NCBI RefSeq assembly: GCF_022045235.1
Contig: NW_027266264.1
Span: 15,004,001 to 15,068,000 of the forward strand
Reading direction: 5' to 3'
DNA from: Haliotis cracherodii
Lineage: Eukaryota
Length of the DNA: 64,000 nucleotides
Shown here: positions 1-11,836 of the stretch, in pieces
Position numbering within the stretch: position 1 is the stretch's first letter
Layout of the letters: every line of letters starts with the position of its first letter
Program-made: the position numbers and the translations under genes
Notes under the pieces: generated by a model
Databases searched by the model: none
Told to the model about the DNA's origin: nothing
The model's input: the letters and a program-made list of their open reading frames with translations, nothing else

Positions 1-1560
1 TCCCTAAGAGTGGTATGAAGGATTTTAGAGACCCTTTGGGATATAGAGGTATCACGGTAACATCTATTCCTTGTAAAGTATATGCTGATGTACTCAATTC
101 AAGACTAACTGTGTGGCTTGAAAAGAACAATATCCTAGCAGATGAGAAAAAATAGTTTTAGATCAAAAAGAGATCATATTGGTCATTTATATGTTTTAAC
201 CTCTTTAATTCAGTATAGAAAAGCCAAAAACAATCAACCTTTGTTACATTTGTTGATTTTTTTTAAAAAAAGCCTTCGACACCGTTAATAGAGATTGTCT
301 GTGGTTGAAGTTTAGAAATATTGGAGTTCGAGAAAGATATTGAATGCTGCCCAGTCATTGAATGTAGATGACAATTGTACTGTACGTGTAGGAAAATTTC
401 TTACATAACGTTTTACTGTTAATCATGGTGTAAAGCAAGGCTGTACATTATCCCCGGCTTTATTTTCTGTATATGTTAACGACCTGGCTGAGGCTATTAA
501 CAGTCTCAATTGTGGTGTACTTGTTGATGAGTCTAGGCTCTCCATTTTAATGTATGCCGACAATATGGCATTAATTGCCCCTGATGAATGTTAACAAACC
601 ATGCTTAATGTACTGCATGAATGGTCAACACGTTGGCAATTGTCAGTGAACATGAATAAGACAAATGTAATTCATTTTAGAAATGTATCACAGCTGAGAT
701 CATTTGGTTTTTTTTCCTCTACGCTGGGCAAACACTGGTCTATGTAGAATCATATCGTTATCTGGGATTATGGATTGACGAGCATCTACATGTAGATACG
801 AAGAAAACTGTGAAAGAGTTGTACAAATCTGCCAGCCGTGCCTTGTCTTCGTTAATATCCAAGTTTTATTCTGCTGGGGGTATGTCTTATGATGATTTTA
901 TGAAACTGTATGGAAGTCTTGTTGGGCCGGTAATGTTTTATGGCTCTAGTATATGGGGCTGAACGTTTAATGAGAAGTTAATCTAATCTAAAATAGAGCC
1001 TGTAAATTCTTTCTTGGTGTTAGTAAACGTACCTCAAATATAGCCACTAATGGAGACATGGGTCTCTACTCCCCGTTTGCTAAATTCCATGTAAATGTTT
1101 TAGACTGTACATAAAGATTAACAACAGTAATTGTAACGATTTGATTAAGAAAATGTTTTCTGTGTCTAAGTCTTATAAACGTTCATGGAGTACTAAAGTA
1201 ATAACTGTTCCAATGTCCCGACAGAAGAAAATTGACCATATAGAAAAACGTTCTCATAAAAAAAGATGAATTGAGATGGAGAACAGAGCTTTGGAACGCT
1301 AAGCATAACATTAATGGCAATATACTAAGAACTTACAGGAAATTTCATGATCGTAACGTTGTTGCTCCTTATGTTTTATGTATTAAATACAGGGACCACC
1401 GTCGCATTTTAGCTAGTTTTAGATCTGGATCTTATATCCCTTGCTATCGAAACAGGACGTTTTACAAACTTTATTTTACTCCACCAACCCTTTTAGAAAA
1501 TAGAATCTGCCCGCACTGTGTTACATGTGTTCATCAAAAGTAATTCAAAGTTTCATCAAA
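1..1560 (+). mobile_element. Degenerate non-LTR retrotransposon (L2/CR1-like LINE), RT domain and 3' part; truncated by window start
   Basis: Manual translation gives RT motifs YRGITVTSIPCKVYADVLNSRL, FVDF..KAFDTVNR, GVKQGCTLSPALFSVYVNDL and LMYADN (421-591), broken by stops and frameshifts. Confidence 0.88.
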
Positions 1561-1727
1561 GTTCATTTATATTTATAAATGTAAAGAAATTCAGCCTTTG
1601 TGAGCCAGTACACTTTTAAAGATGTTTAAACGTACGCAATCTTATTTCGCATTCGCTAGGTATTTCGCATTCAGTGTATGTAAATTTTAATTTTTATTGT
1701 CAATGTATTTTATAGTATATAATGTGT

Positions 1728-1732
<5 letters not shown>

Positions 1733-1802
<70 letters not shown>
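1733..1802. repeat. (TA)n microsatellite
   Basis: Pure TA run of ~70 bp. Confidence 0.98.
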
Positions 1803-1804
<2 letters not shown>

Positions 1805-2434
1805 TGTTAACATCATTTTATGTTTTATTGTGTCTCATAAGCCTAATGTCTGGGTGTTACTTTTTTAATATGCCAAAGAACATGTCTCTTTTATAGCACG
1901 TTAATAAAATAACTCTCTCGCATTCTTTGCTCCACTGGGCTTCAACATAGCAAGGAACAACTAAGTGGCGGTGGTCAGTGCAGTTTGGTTAGACACGAAT
2001 TCCATGAAATTTGTTAAAACAGCAACATAGAGAACAATGAAATAAATTTTGCTGTGTTCAACCATATATTTACTAAATATAATTTTAAGATCCACACGTG
2101 TCGATAGTTCTGTCCGTAATTTTACGAATCAACAGCGAAGTCACATCGAGATCATGCACGTAATTCCACATAAATCGCACGTCAAATGACGACCTGTTCG
2201 CGATGAGAAGGCGCACGTTCATGGTGGCACAGTAGGTTGTGCAGAGCTGTGTCTCAGGAGCTACCAGTTTTCGCTGGCCGTGTTTTCAAATGCTAAGTTA
2301 ACTGAAAATTACCCTTGAGTTTTAAGCACCACATACCTGTATGTGTGTTTTATTTGTTTGTTGTTTAACGCTACTTTCAGCAATAGTATAGCTATTTGAC
2401 GGCGGTATTTGAATAATATTGTTTGAAAGAAATA

Positions 2435-2957
2435 TACTTTTCAAAGCTTTGTTATAATTATCAAGGTCTGAAAGCTCCTTATGATTATTACGAAGTCGGA
2501 TGAAATAAATATGTTTACAAATATGAACATAAATAAATGAATATGAAAACATATATACAGTTCAAAATGAATGAAATAATATTATATAACGGATGTCAGA
2601 AACCGTTTAAAATAAATAACGCGTACTTTTCAAAGCTTTGTTATAATTATCAAGGTCTGAAAGCTCCTTATGATTATTACGAAGTCGGATGAAATAAATA
2701 TGTATACAAATATGAACATAAATAAATATGAAAACATATATACAGTTCAAAATGAATGAAATAATATTATTTAACGGATGTCAGAAACCGTTTAAAATAA
2801 ATAACGCGTACTTTTCAAAGCTTTGTTATAATTATCAAGGTCTGAAAGCTCCTTATGATTATCACGAAGTCGGATGAATACATACATACATATATATAAT
2901 AATCTTAAGGAGCTTTCAGACCTTGATAATTATAACAAAGCTTTGAAAAGTATGCGT
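2435..2957. repeat. ~185-189-bp tandem repeat (about 2.4 copies) followed by an inverted partial copy
   Basis: TACTTTTCAAAGCTTTGTTATAATTATCAAGGTCTGAAAGCTCC starts at 2435, 2624 and 2809; its reverse complement lies at ~2899-2957. Confidence 0.9.
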
Positions 2958-3059
2958 ATATATATATATAGGTGAGATATATATAAGTTGAAACGAATGA
3001 AATTATATTTAGCATTTAACGGATGTCAGAAACTTTTTAAAATACATAACATGGAGTTC

Positions 3060-3235
3060 GGTGCTTGTTTGTTTAATTCCATGGTCAGCAATAGTCCCGC
3101 TATATGACGGTGGTCTTTCAGTAATCGGGCCTGGGCTAGACAATCTAGCGATTGACATCATGAGTATCGCATTTGGGTTTCGATGACATGCATCAGGGAG
3201 CCTGACCGATGGGTCCATTTAGTCACCTCTTACAA
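3060..3235 (-). mobile_element. Degenerate SINE (family A, same as 24830-25075)
   Basis: Similar to the better-preserved copy at 24830 (GTTTGTTT tail, TATATGACGG, GATGACATGCATC, TTAGTC.CCTCTTAC). Confidence 0.6.
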
Positions 3236-3928
3236 GCCAGGGCTCGAGTTAAGGAATTTGATTTCACTTGGACCAGTTGCATGTTGACACGAAAAGCAAG
3301 TTGCGCCAAACAAAACCAAGTTGCACCCTGGTCCCATAAGTGTAGCAAAGTTGAACCCAGGCCAGTCTCGTGTCAGTGTCACATAAATTAATGACGTATT
3401 GCTGTAAAACGTAATCTTGAAGTACCCACATTTAGTTTTCATTGAGCATGACAAATTAACACAGGGGTCGATGGAGTTGGTCGTCGGACTGTATCATATT
3501 TCTGCTTGTGTTTGTTTGTTTGTTGTTTAAAGCAGCACTCGGCAATGTTGTACCTCTGAAGTTCCATGTTAGAATAATTTTTCAACAACCCATGCTTGCC
3601 GTAAAATGAGATAATGCTTGTAACAAAAAAACAACTGATCTAGATCTAGATCTTTCAAAATCATTTTCGATAATGCTTTTGTCGTTGTTATTTCTTCATT
3701 AATAGAAACGTTCATAGTATTGTAGTGTTTATGCTAGTTTTTTAATATTTGAAATTTTGATTTTACCACAGAATGCGATGTAGTCAGATTTTTATTTCTA
3801 CCTGCCTGTATACTTTGTTATGTGCATGTTGATTAAAGTAATTTCATGACACTGATTGGTTGATATGTAAATTTCGATGTACATACACAAATCCGTCTAT
3901 TTAGGTAATCTCCTGAGTACAATGAACA

Positions 3929-4799
3929 TTGGCTCACCTCAAACACCCATCCCGACGCACACATCCCCTTGGCTCACCACAAACACCCATCCCGACGCGC
4001 ACATCCCCTTGGCTATCCTCAAACACCCATCCCGACGCGCACATCCCCTTGGCTATCCTCAAACACCAATCCCGACGCGCACATCCCCTTTGCCCACCTC
4101 TAACACCTATCCCGACGCTCACATCCCCTTTACCCACCTCAAACACCCATCCCGACACCCACATCCCCTTTGCTCCCCTCAAACACCCATCCCGACGCGC
4201 ACATCCCCTTGGCTATCCTCAAACACCCATCCCGACGCGCACATCCCCTTTGCCCACCTCAAACACCTATCCCGACGCTCACATCCCCTTACCCACCTCA
4301 AACACCCATCCCGACGCTCACGCCCCCTTTGCTCCCCTCAAACACCCATCCCGACGCACATCCCCTTGGCTCACCTCAAACATCCATCCCGACGCTCATC
4401 CCCTTGGCTCACCTCAAACACCAATCCCGACGCACACATCCCCTCGGCTCCCCTCAAACACCCATCCCGACGCACACATCCCCTTGGCTCACCACAAACA
4501 CCCATCCCGACGCGCACATCCCCTTTGCCCACCTCAAACACCTATCCCGACGCTCACATCCCCTTACCCACCTCAAACACCCATCCCGACGCTCACGCCC
4601 CCTTTGCTCCCCTCAAACACCCATCCCGACGCACATCCCCTTGGCTCACCTCAAACATCCATCCCGACGCTCATCCCCTTGGCTCACCTCAAACACCAAT
4701 CCCGACGCACACATCCCCTCGGCTCCCCTCAAACACCCATCCCGACGCACACATCCCCTTTGCTCACCTCAAACACCCATCCCGACGCTCACATCCCCA
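3929..4799. repeat. ~40-bp C-rich minisatellite (~22 units) with a 275-bp higher-order repeat
   Basis: Unit ACATCCCCTTGGCTCACCTCAAACACCCATCCCGACGCGC. Diagnostic variants recur 275 bp apart (4319/4594, 4378/4653, 4440/4715). Confidence 0.95.
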
Positions 4800-4882
4800 T
4801 AAACGTAGCGCAAATACCTACTACATTAATCTGATCTCTACCTTCGTGACTTGTTTTTATTTCTCTTTTAACAACTTATTTT

Positions 4883-5040
4883 GTGAGTAAGTGAGTGTGG
4901 TTTTACGCCGTTGTCAACACTATTCCAGCAATAGCACGTCAGCAGAAATGGGCTTCACACAATGTACCCTTGTGAGGAATCAAAACCGGACCTTCGGTGT
5001 GACGAGAGAACGATTGAACCACCAGACTTACCCACTGTCC
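4883..5040 (-). mobile_element. tRNA-derived SINE (family B), degenerate
   Basis: Reverse complement matches the intact copy at 21507-21684 (GTGAGT tail, GGTTTTACGCCG, AATGGGCTTCACACA.TGTACCC). Confidence 0.8.
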
Positions 5041-6532
5041 TTTGTTGTCAAGGACATAATTATTCTTATGAGACCACCTCTGAGATTCCGGGGAAATAAT
5101 TACTAAAAAAGCGGGGAGATTTGTTACAACTTGTAACCTCGCTGATTGTGTGTCACTGTAATCCGACGGAGAGGATGGTTGGCGCCGTAGTTCTTCTGGT
5201 GACAGGGTAGGGCTGTGCTTTCCTAAAATATGCTATGATCCGGTGATCGTGGGTTTGAAATACAGATTTTTCACACCAGTACACTTGGGTTTCCCCAAAG
5301 TGGTAAACCTCTAGAACCTGTATTACATTGTTCCCGTCTCCAACACTAAGTCGACAGTGACGCCACACTGAGAAATAACTGAAATATTGTTCACAGTGGC
5401 GTAAATCCCAACTCCCTCATTCACTCCAGACTCAAGTATTTAAAGGCTGTAGTGATATAACTGTATAGTTGATCGCATGCATATGTATAACTCGTTCATG
5501 TGTGTCAATGCGACAGGTCCCTTACTGGGATTATGGGTCAGAATAGACCCTCAGCTCCCCATGGTAATCACAATAGTCGAAAATGAGGATCAGGTGATTA
5601 CAAAATGTTTCACCTGGCCGGTTGTGCGCCATCGTAACCCCCCGGCGTGGCTCTTGGCTCATGCTGTCAACCACTAGTTTGACTGTGACGTAAGCAACAA
5701 CACGTACAACTAAGTAAAATTCCTTTGTTGACACTAATTTGCCGAATATCAAAATAAAACTTGGCGCCCCCATTTCATTAGGGCTCGGTTTATACGACTC
5801 AAACTAGGTTAAATAACACCCTCAAATGGAAGGCTGTGTGTTGGAGTACCCGCCAGCCATGATAGATTAACGATAGTCATATGAAAACATCGGATATTCT
5901 TTAACATATTTTGAGTAGTATATATAGGCTATCATTGCTGAGTGCAGCTGAGACTCCAGAAAAATATTCAGCTGAGAAATAAGTAAAATTATACGTTATG
6001 ACATTTCACAACATTTTAATAACATGAACAAAAATACTTTCCTATTACAATAATAATGTTTCAATCAACCTAACCTGTATGTTTTAATTTTAAACACAGA
6101 TGATAAAAAACCTGTCAAAAACATAATATCTTGACACATATGCATCTGTGTTATCATAATCTCTAACTTATATGAAACACATATAAAAAGACGTTAGATA
6201 ATTTCGTTATGTCAAACAAGCGGAAACAAATTCGACGATCTTTGTATATAACATGATAGCACCTAGTTCAAATTTTTCACACACTCTGTACAGAAAGACA
6301 ATAACTTAATCAACCCCGTATATAATGGACAACATAAATCATATACTAGTATTTAATGTAACAAAAACCGTATATAATGGACAGCATATAAAATAGTAAC
6401 TATACCCGCAAATAATGGACAACATATACTTTCCATAGATTCTTCAGCATCTAAAATCATCTGTCATCAACAAGGATTTCATCAGTATCTAACTATATTC
6501 TGAAACGGGTAGTCAGCAAGGTGTGGAGTGTC

Positions 6533-9500
6533 TTATAAATACGCCACTCTTAACATCCTGTCGCCACCGTGGGTACAGGTGCTTGGCCTGCCTCCCCACG
6601 CCTTCATCACGGGTCTATTTGACCACTGTCCGTGTCCACAGCGGCTAGCAAATAGCTGTCTTTTTCTTTCCTTATGGAGGATTCGTTTCATCAGACACAG
6701 TCTCTTCATGTCATGAAAAGTGAGCTTAATAGGGGTTTGTGCCCCATTATCTTCAGGGCCGTCACAGGCGTGCTTCATCTGACAGGTCAATCCCACTTCA
6801 TCTTTTCCAGAGAAGGTGTTCACCCTCCTGCCAAACCCTCTAGGACAAGCCATTTGACGACCCAAGGATCTGCCCATGACGCGACGAATACTCTTCCTCT
6901 CATGATTTTTGCAGTTTGTGCTATTGTCTCCCATGATGAATTTGTCAGGGTTTGAAGCATAACATGATGTGACTTGATTGTTGATCGCCTCTGCCACAGG
7001 CTGGCTCATTCCAAAGTGGTTGTCACCTCGGTGACCTCCAAATCCATATATTCTTCCGCCTTTGGTTCCAGTTCCATGCAGATGAAGACGAAGACCACGG
7101 CGGCAGGTCTTCAAGACACGTCTTCTCCTGTGTCCGTGCATTCTTGGACATGGGTGTTTGTGAAATCTGTTAAGGCCTTGGAGGTATCGCAAGCGACGCA
7201 TGCGTCTTATAGTACGAGGACGATGAATTCTGAACGTTGGTCCTCTTCTGTGGCTCCTGCACATGTTGCCTCTCTGCATGACACAGCCCGCTTCATTGCA
7301 TTTTGGCATCACGTCATTCATTTGACCACGCCCCCCATACTTTCGGTTATTTCCAAGATACAAAGAAAGGGTCTTCCTGGGAAACCTGTTGAATTCAAAA
7401 TTTGAAGCTTCATCTTCCGAGGTTTCCCTGTTGGCTCTTCCCTCCATCGTCCTCCACTGGCGACGGATGCATCGTCTGATGTGAGGTTCGAATACTCTCT
7501 GCCATTTGTTTCCACGCGTTGTTTCCACTCTGACATTGCTGTTCTTATCGTGTGACTCCGAAACATCATCGCTAAACCTCACGCGACGTTTAGGACAACT
7601 CTCAAATCTATGGAGATTCTTTACGTCACTTTTGTTCAGACATCCAGGCATGTTTCCCGAGACACTCGTGCAACGAACACGACGACGCTGACAGCTGGCA
7701 AAGCTGCTATCAGCGCAGTGGCCATTGGGATAGCGTTCATCTTCAGTCTTATTATCTCGCTTGGACCATCTTCCAAAACAAGGCTCATTTCTACGACGCC
7801 ACCTTTTCCCACTGACCTCATGGTGGCCCATGGTGCGTCTCCCTGGTCCGTCTTGACCAGCTCGGTCACTACAGGATGCTTGAAATCCTCTGCAGCCAGC
7901 AAGGAAGGATTTCCTGGTCCCATGACATCCATAATCAGTACACTTGGCGTACCTTGAAGCTCGGCCTGCTTGCATTGATCTCCAATGTGGGTTGAAACAG
8001 AGATCGTCTTCTGTAGTATCACTACACTGATGCTCGAGTCCTGTCATCATCCGCCTTCTCCAAGGTCTTCCACATTTCCTGGTAGTTTCATCACGCTGGA
8101 GGTGACCATCTTTTTGTATCACCCGCCTTCTCCAACGTTGCCCACAGGAATTCAAAAGAGGCGCACCATCAATGGCATTCTCCTTCTGCAGGCAGGGACG
8201 TTCTTCTTGCATCACTCGCCTTCCCCTTCGTCCCCCACAATCGCTACCTGAAGACGTACTACCGCTTTCAGCCCCATCACGCTGACAGAGCCCGCCCAGT
8301 TCTCTCTGGCGTCGCCTCCCACAGACTCTCTTCGGGGTTACATGCTCCGTAGCTGTATCTTCATCAGCTGTAGGGTTTAACCTGTGCTGATGTCGACGAT
8401 GACGCCAGCCGGTCACAGTGCCAGATTCATCACCATTGTGCCCACAGGATGCTTGCAACTGCCATCGGCGACCATTTCTACAGATCTCTCGTCTGGATCC
8501 GCCTGCATCTGAAATATATAACATGTGACTGACTGTACACCTGAAGTCAGGAAAACAAGATGGCAGCCTACTTTAACAGGACAATTTGGAAAACATGTAT
8601 TATCCAATTTCAGACTTGTGATGTCATGTCTTTCTGCCTGGTAAGTTGACCACCGTTTTATCACCAGTAATATCAAATGCCATCGAAGATGACGTAGTTC
8701 ACCTATCATACAATTCTAATTTTGAAAATACACGTATAATATAAACTGCCACGTGACCAATATTAAGTTTGAAATCAATGAAACCGACAACAGAACACAT
8801 TTACAACTTCTTTTGTCATTTTACAATAATTGCCTATCAAACAATTCATTTTACAATAATTGCCTATCAAACAATTCATTTTACAATTATTGCCCATCAA
8901 ACATTTCATTTTACAATAATAGCCTATCTAACAATTCATTTTACAATAATTGTCTATCAAACAATTTATTTTACAATAATTGCCCATCAAACAATTCATT
9001 TTACAATAATTGCCTATCAAACAATTCATTTTACAATAATTGCCTATCAAACAATTCATTTTACAATAATTGCCTATCAAACAATCCATTTTACAATTAT
9101 TGCCTATCAAACAGTTCATTTTACAATAATTGCCTATCAAACAGTATTATTTTACAATAATTGCCTATCAAACAATTCATTTTACAATAATTGCCTATCA
9201 AACAACTCATATATATAATAATAATATACATAACTTGGGAGATGACTTACTGCTGTAGTTTCTCCTGACTTGTCCATCAACAAGGGATGTCATGGCATCG
9301 ACGTCGCCATCATCTTCCCGTCCCTGTTGTGGAATCTTCCTGGGCATTCTCATCAGACGTCTGAAGTGACGGGGTTGAACGTCCTTCGACAAAAAGAACG
9401 ACGTCTAGGATTAATTTTGAATAATAACTCTATATGACATAAAGGTTTTATTTCATATTGACATTATACGAAGTATATGTACAGAACGAAAGAGATCTTT

Positions 9501-10861
9501 AAAAGTATTTTCAGACCAGTTTATCGTTTTTTTAAGAGCATGCATCCAATGTCAAAGGGTTTACAGTTGAGCTTATTAAGCCAAGACAACATTTTTCTAA
9601 TATGGTATATAGTCATTAACTACAAACGAAATATCTGAACTTACCGTCTCCATCATTCTGTGTCCTCCAACGTCTGCTCTTTTCCCAAACACACGAGATC
9701 TGCGCCAAGTCTTAGCGTCAAGGGAGGTAACTCCTTCGGCTCTATTTGTCACGTCGTGCTCTGTTAGGCACAGAAACAAGTCTCAATACAGGGACACTAT
9801 TCAGGTCACACTGTGTACACTCTCGGTATGTGGCCCTGCGGAGACGGGCTGTTCGTTTTGCCGCTCACATAATCTATGCATTTATCTTATTCACCGTGAA
9901 GGCTCAGAGTCGAAGTCGCACACCGACATCATTTCATTGTTATTTGAAGACAAAGAGCTTTACAAAGAACCGGTTACAGTGATCGGTAAAACGAAGATTC
10001 CTTAGAAGCTATTAACTGTACACACTAGGAAATACATCATTCGATTTTGTGCTCTTTATGTCAATTGGAAATCAGCTCACCTCTGACGAAGATTTTCACA
10101 ACGGAATCATTGGCACTGCTGATGGCATCTTTGAGCTCTTCCTCTGAGGAGAAAGTGATTAAATCTCCATCTTCATCTGTTAAGGAAATACCATCATTAT
10201 GTTTATAAGCATGTACTACTGTCTCTTTAAACCATCATAAANNNNNNNNNNNNNNNNNNNNNNNNNNNNNNNNNNNNNNNNNNNNNNNNNNNNNNNNNNN
10301 NNNNNNNNNNNNNNNNNNNNNNNNNNNNNNNNNNNNNNNNNNNNNNNNNNNNNNNNNNNNNNNNNNNNNNNNNNNNNNNNNNNNNNNNNNNNNNNTGTTT
10401 TGATGTTTAAGAAAACAGTATATGCATGTTTTTATTGGCGAGGATTACAAAGCCATTCACAACGGTGTATTTAAACATTAAGTAGAAAATAATCCAATAT
10501 ATATTCATATCATTAAGTAATGACACGAAGAAGCACATCAAACCAAATGAAAAATGTTCAACAAACCATACCGGAAATATGTTAATTGGGTATATATTTT
10601 AAGAAATAATTCTCAATTTAGTCGTCAGTTTTCGAACTTAGTTCAACGACCACGTTGTATATTTATGTAATAAAGAGGAAAAAGTATACCTGTCCAGCAC
10701 AGTTTGAATGTGTCCGCATCAAGGTGTGGAAACACTTGCATCACCTTTTCGTTGATGAAGGTGTAACTAAGGGCGGCGTTATCGGGAACAGGGAAACGTC
10801 GGACCTCAGGAGTCGCGTTGCCCTGCCGCTCATAAATCATCTTTATTACCGAGGATTGCAT
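6533..10861 (-). CDS. PB1-domain (SQSTM1/p62-like N-terminus) protein with long Arg/Gly/Cys-rich tail, ~837 aa (gene A); coding exons 10861-10690, 10176-10081, 9760-9645, 9404-9251, 8508-6533
   Basis: Exon 1 encodes MQSSVIKMIY...EVRRF...FKLCWT and exon 2 encodes DEDGDLITFSSEEELKDAISSANDSVVKIFVR, a PB1 with OPCA motif (cf. p62 DEDGDLVAFSSDEEL...IFRIYIK). All introns are GT-AG with phases 1,1,0,1, joining into a 2514-nt open frame. No ZZ or UBA domain visible. Confidence 0.85.
8815..9207. repeat. 30-bp AT-rich minisatellite (~13 copies) in intron 4 of gene A
   Basis: Unit TCATTTTACAATAATTGCCTATCAAACAAT repeated head to tail. Confidence 0.95.
10242..10395. other. Assembly gap (N run) inside intron 1 of gene A
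   Basis: 154 N characters. Confidence 0.99.
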
Positions 10862-11118
10862 CTTGGGATTTCTCTGGACAGGATATGTCGTACAGCAGTG
10901 GGAGAACTGAAGGATTCTCACGTGTAGCAATCTGTATTCGCTATTTAGACCGGTCTTATTTCTTTAGCAGACGACAATTGAGTCTTTGTTCAGCAGCTGG
11001 CGTAGTAACTTCAGTATAGCTGTATAGAGCGTGCCGGCGGAGTGATTCTGTCAGTAAAACTAGGGGTTTATATACCAGGAAAATGAGTGATGTCAAGTAC
11101 TAATAATAGAATCAAACC

Positions 11119-11133
11119 GTTCTGGAACGTTCT
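11119..11133 (-). promoter_or_regulatory. Heat-shock element (three perfect inverted nGAAn units) upstream of gene A TATA
   Basis: GTTCT-GGAAC-GTTCT is the canonical HSF binding array, ~45 bp upstream of the minus-strand TATA. Confidence 0.8.
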
Positions 11134-11492
11134 CGTGACCGGTTTGGGGCCGTCCTAAACTATTTCAGACCGGTTGCGTCAGAATCACGGGACCCGGGTC
11201 GATTGATAAGGGCACGTGACGTGTAAGCTCCGTTCCGAATGGTTCTTGGGCCGGACTAGTTCACATTCCTTGGCTCTGAGCCAACACTCAACTTAAATCT
11301 ACATGCAGTTATATACACAGCTAAAGCCACATACATTTACGTTCAATAAATGCAAACGTTTGAAATAATGCTGGTGCGTCAACAGATTAATTGACACACG
11401 TTTAACTGTCCCAGATAATGTTTTAATTGCCATTTACAACAAAGCAGTTGTACATCACAACCGGTTGATTTACCTGGCACTCAGCCAATATT

Positions 11493-11502
11493 GTGACGTC
11501 AC
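11493..11502. promoter_or_regulatory. Palindromic CRE/ATF site
   Basis: GTGACGTCAC, next to a CCAAT box (~11485), within the bidirectional promoter. Confidence 0.5.
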
Positions 11503-11611
11503 TGTCGTTTTTGATGCGTAGGTGTTGCTGAAAGTCCTGTCCACGTGACCATGACTCGTCGAAGCTCGTGATCCTGATGCAACCGGTCTGAAACGTGCCA
11601 GCTCCGTTCTC

Positions 11612-11631
11612 GGAACGTTTTCGAACGTTCG
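11612..11631 (+). promoter_or_regulatory. Heat-shock element (four nGAAn units, one mismatch) upstream of gene B TATA
   Basis: GGAAC-GTTTT-CGAAC-GTTCG, ~33 bp upstream of TATAAAA at 11664. Confidence 0.75.
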
Positions 11632-11836
11632 ATTCTATTTCAAGAAATTACAACATACATCGGGTATAAAAGCCCGGGTTTGCGTTTGCTGACAGAATCA
11701 AGCGACTCTACTGCTACCTGCTGTCGTGAAAAGACAAAAAGAAGCCTATAGAAGTTCTATCGTCTGCTGCAAAGATATTTCACATTCAAACACCTGTTGA
11801 AACTTATCGTCACTGAGAATCAGCCCGAACAACACG

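Larger units (their letters stand above)
10862..11836. promoter_or_regulatory. Bidirectional promoter and 5' UTR region shared by the two PB1 genes
   Basis: Divergent ATGs at 10861 (-) and 11837 (+). Mirror-image blocks: TGATTCTGTCAG 11043-11054 vs CTGACAGAATCA 11689-11700; TATA boxes ~11067-11074 (-) and 11664-11670 (+); TTCAGACCGGTTGCGTCAG ~11164 vs CTGATGCAACCGGTCTGAA ~11574. Confidence 0.8.

Noticed and set aside
3877-4890. Three overlapping long ORFs (337, 301 and 210 aa)
   Set aside because: They arise from a stop-free 40-bp minisatellite with unit-length indels; all frames are open and there is no splice or signal context.
6674-8251. Several plus-strand ORFs of 60-143 aa
   Set aside because: Antisense shadows of gene A's large last exon.
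8753-9218. ORFs with NNCLSNNSFY / TIIAYQTIHF repeats, and CRISPR-like appearance
   Set aside because: Translation of a 30-bp intronic tandem repeat; no unique spacers, no cas genes, eukaryotic context.
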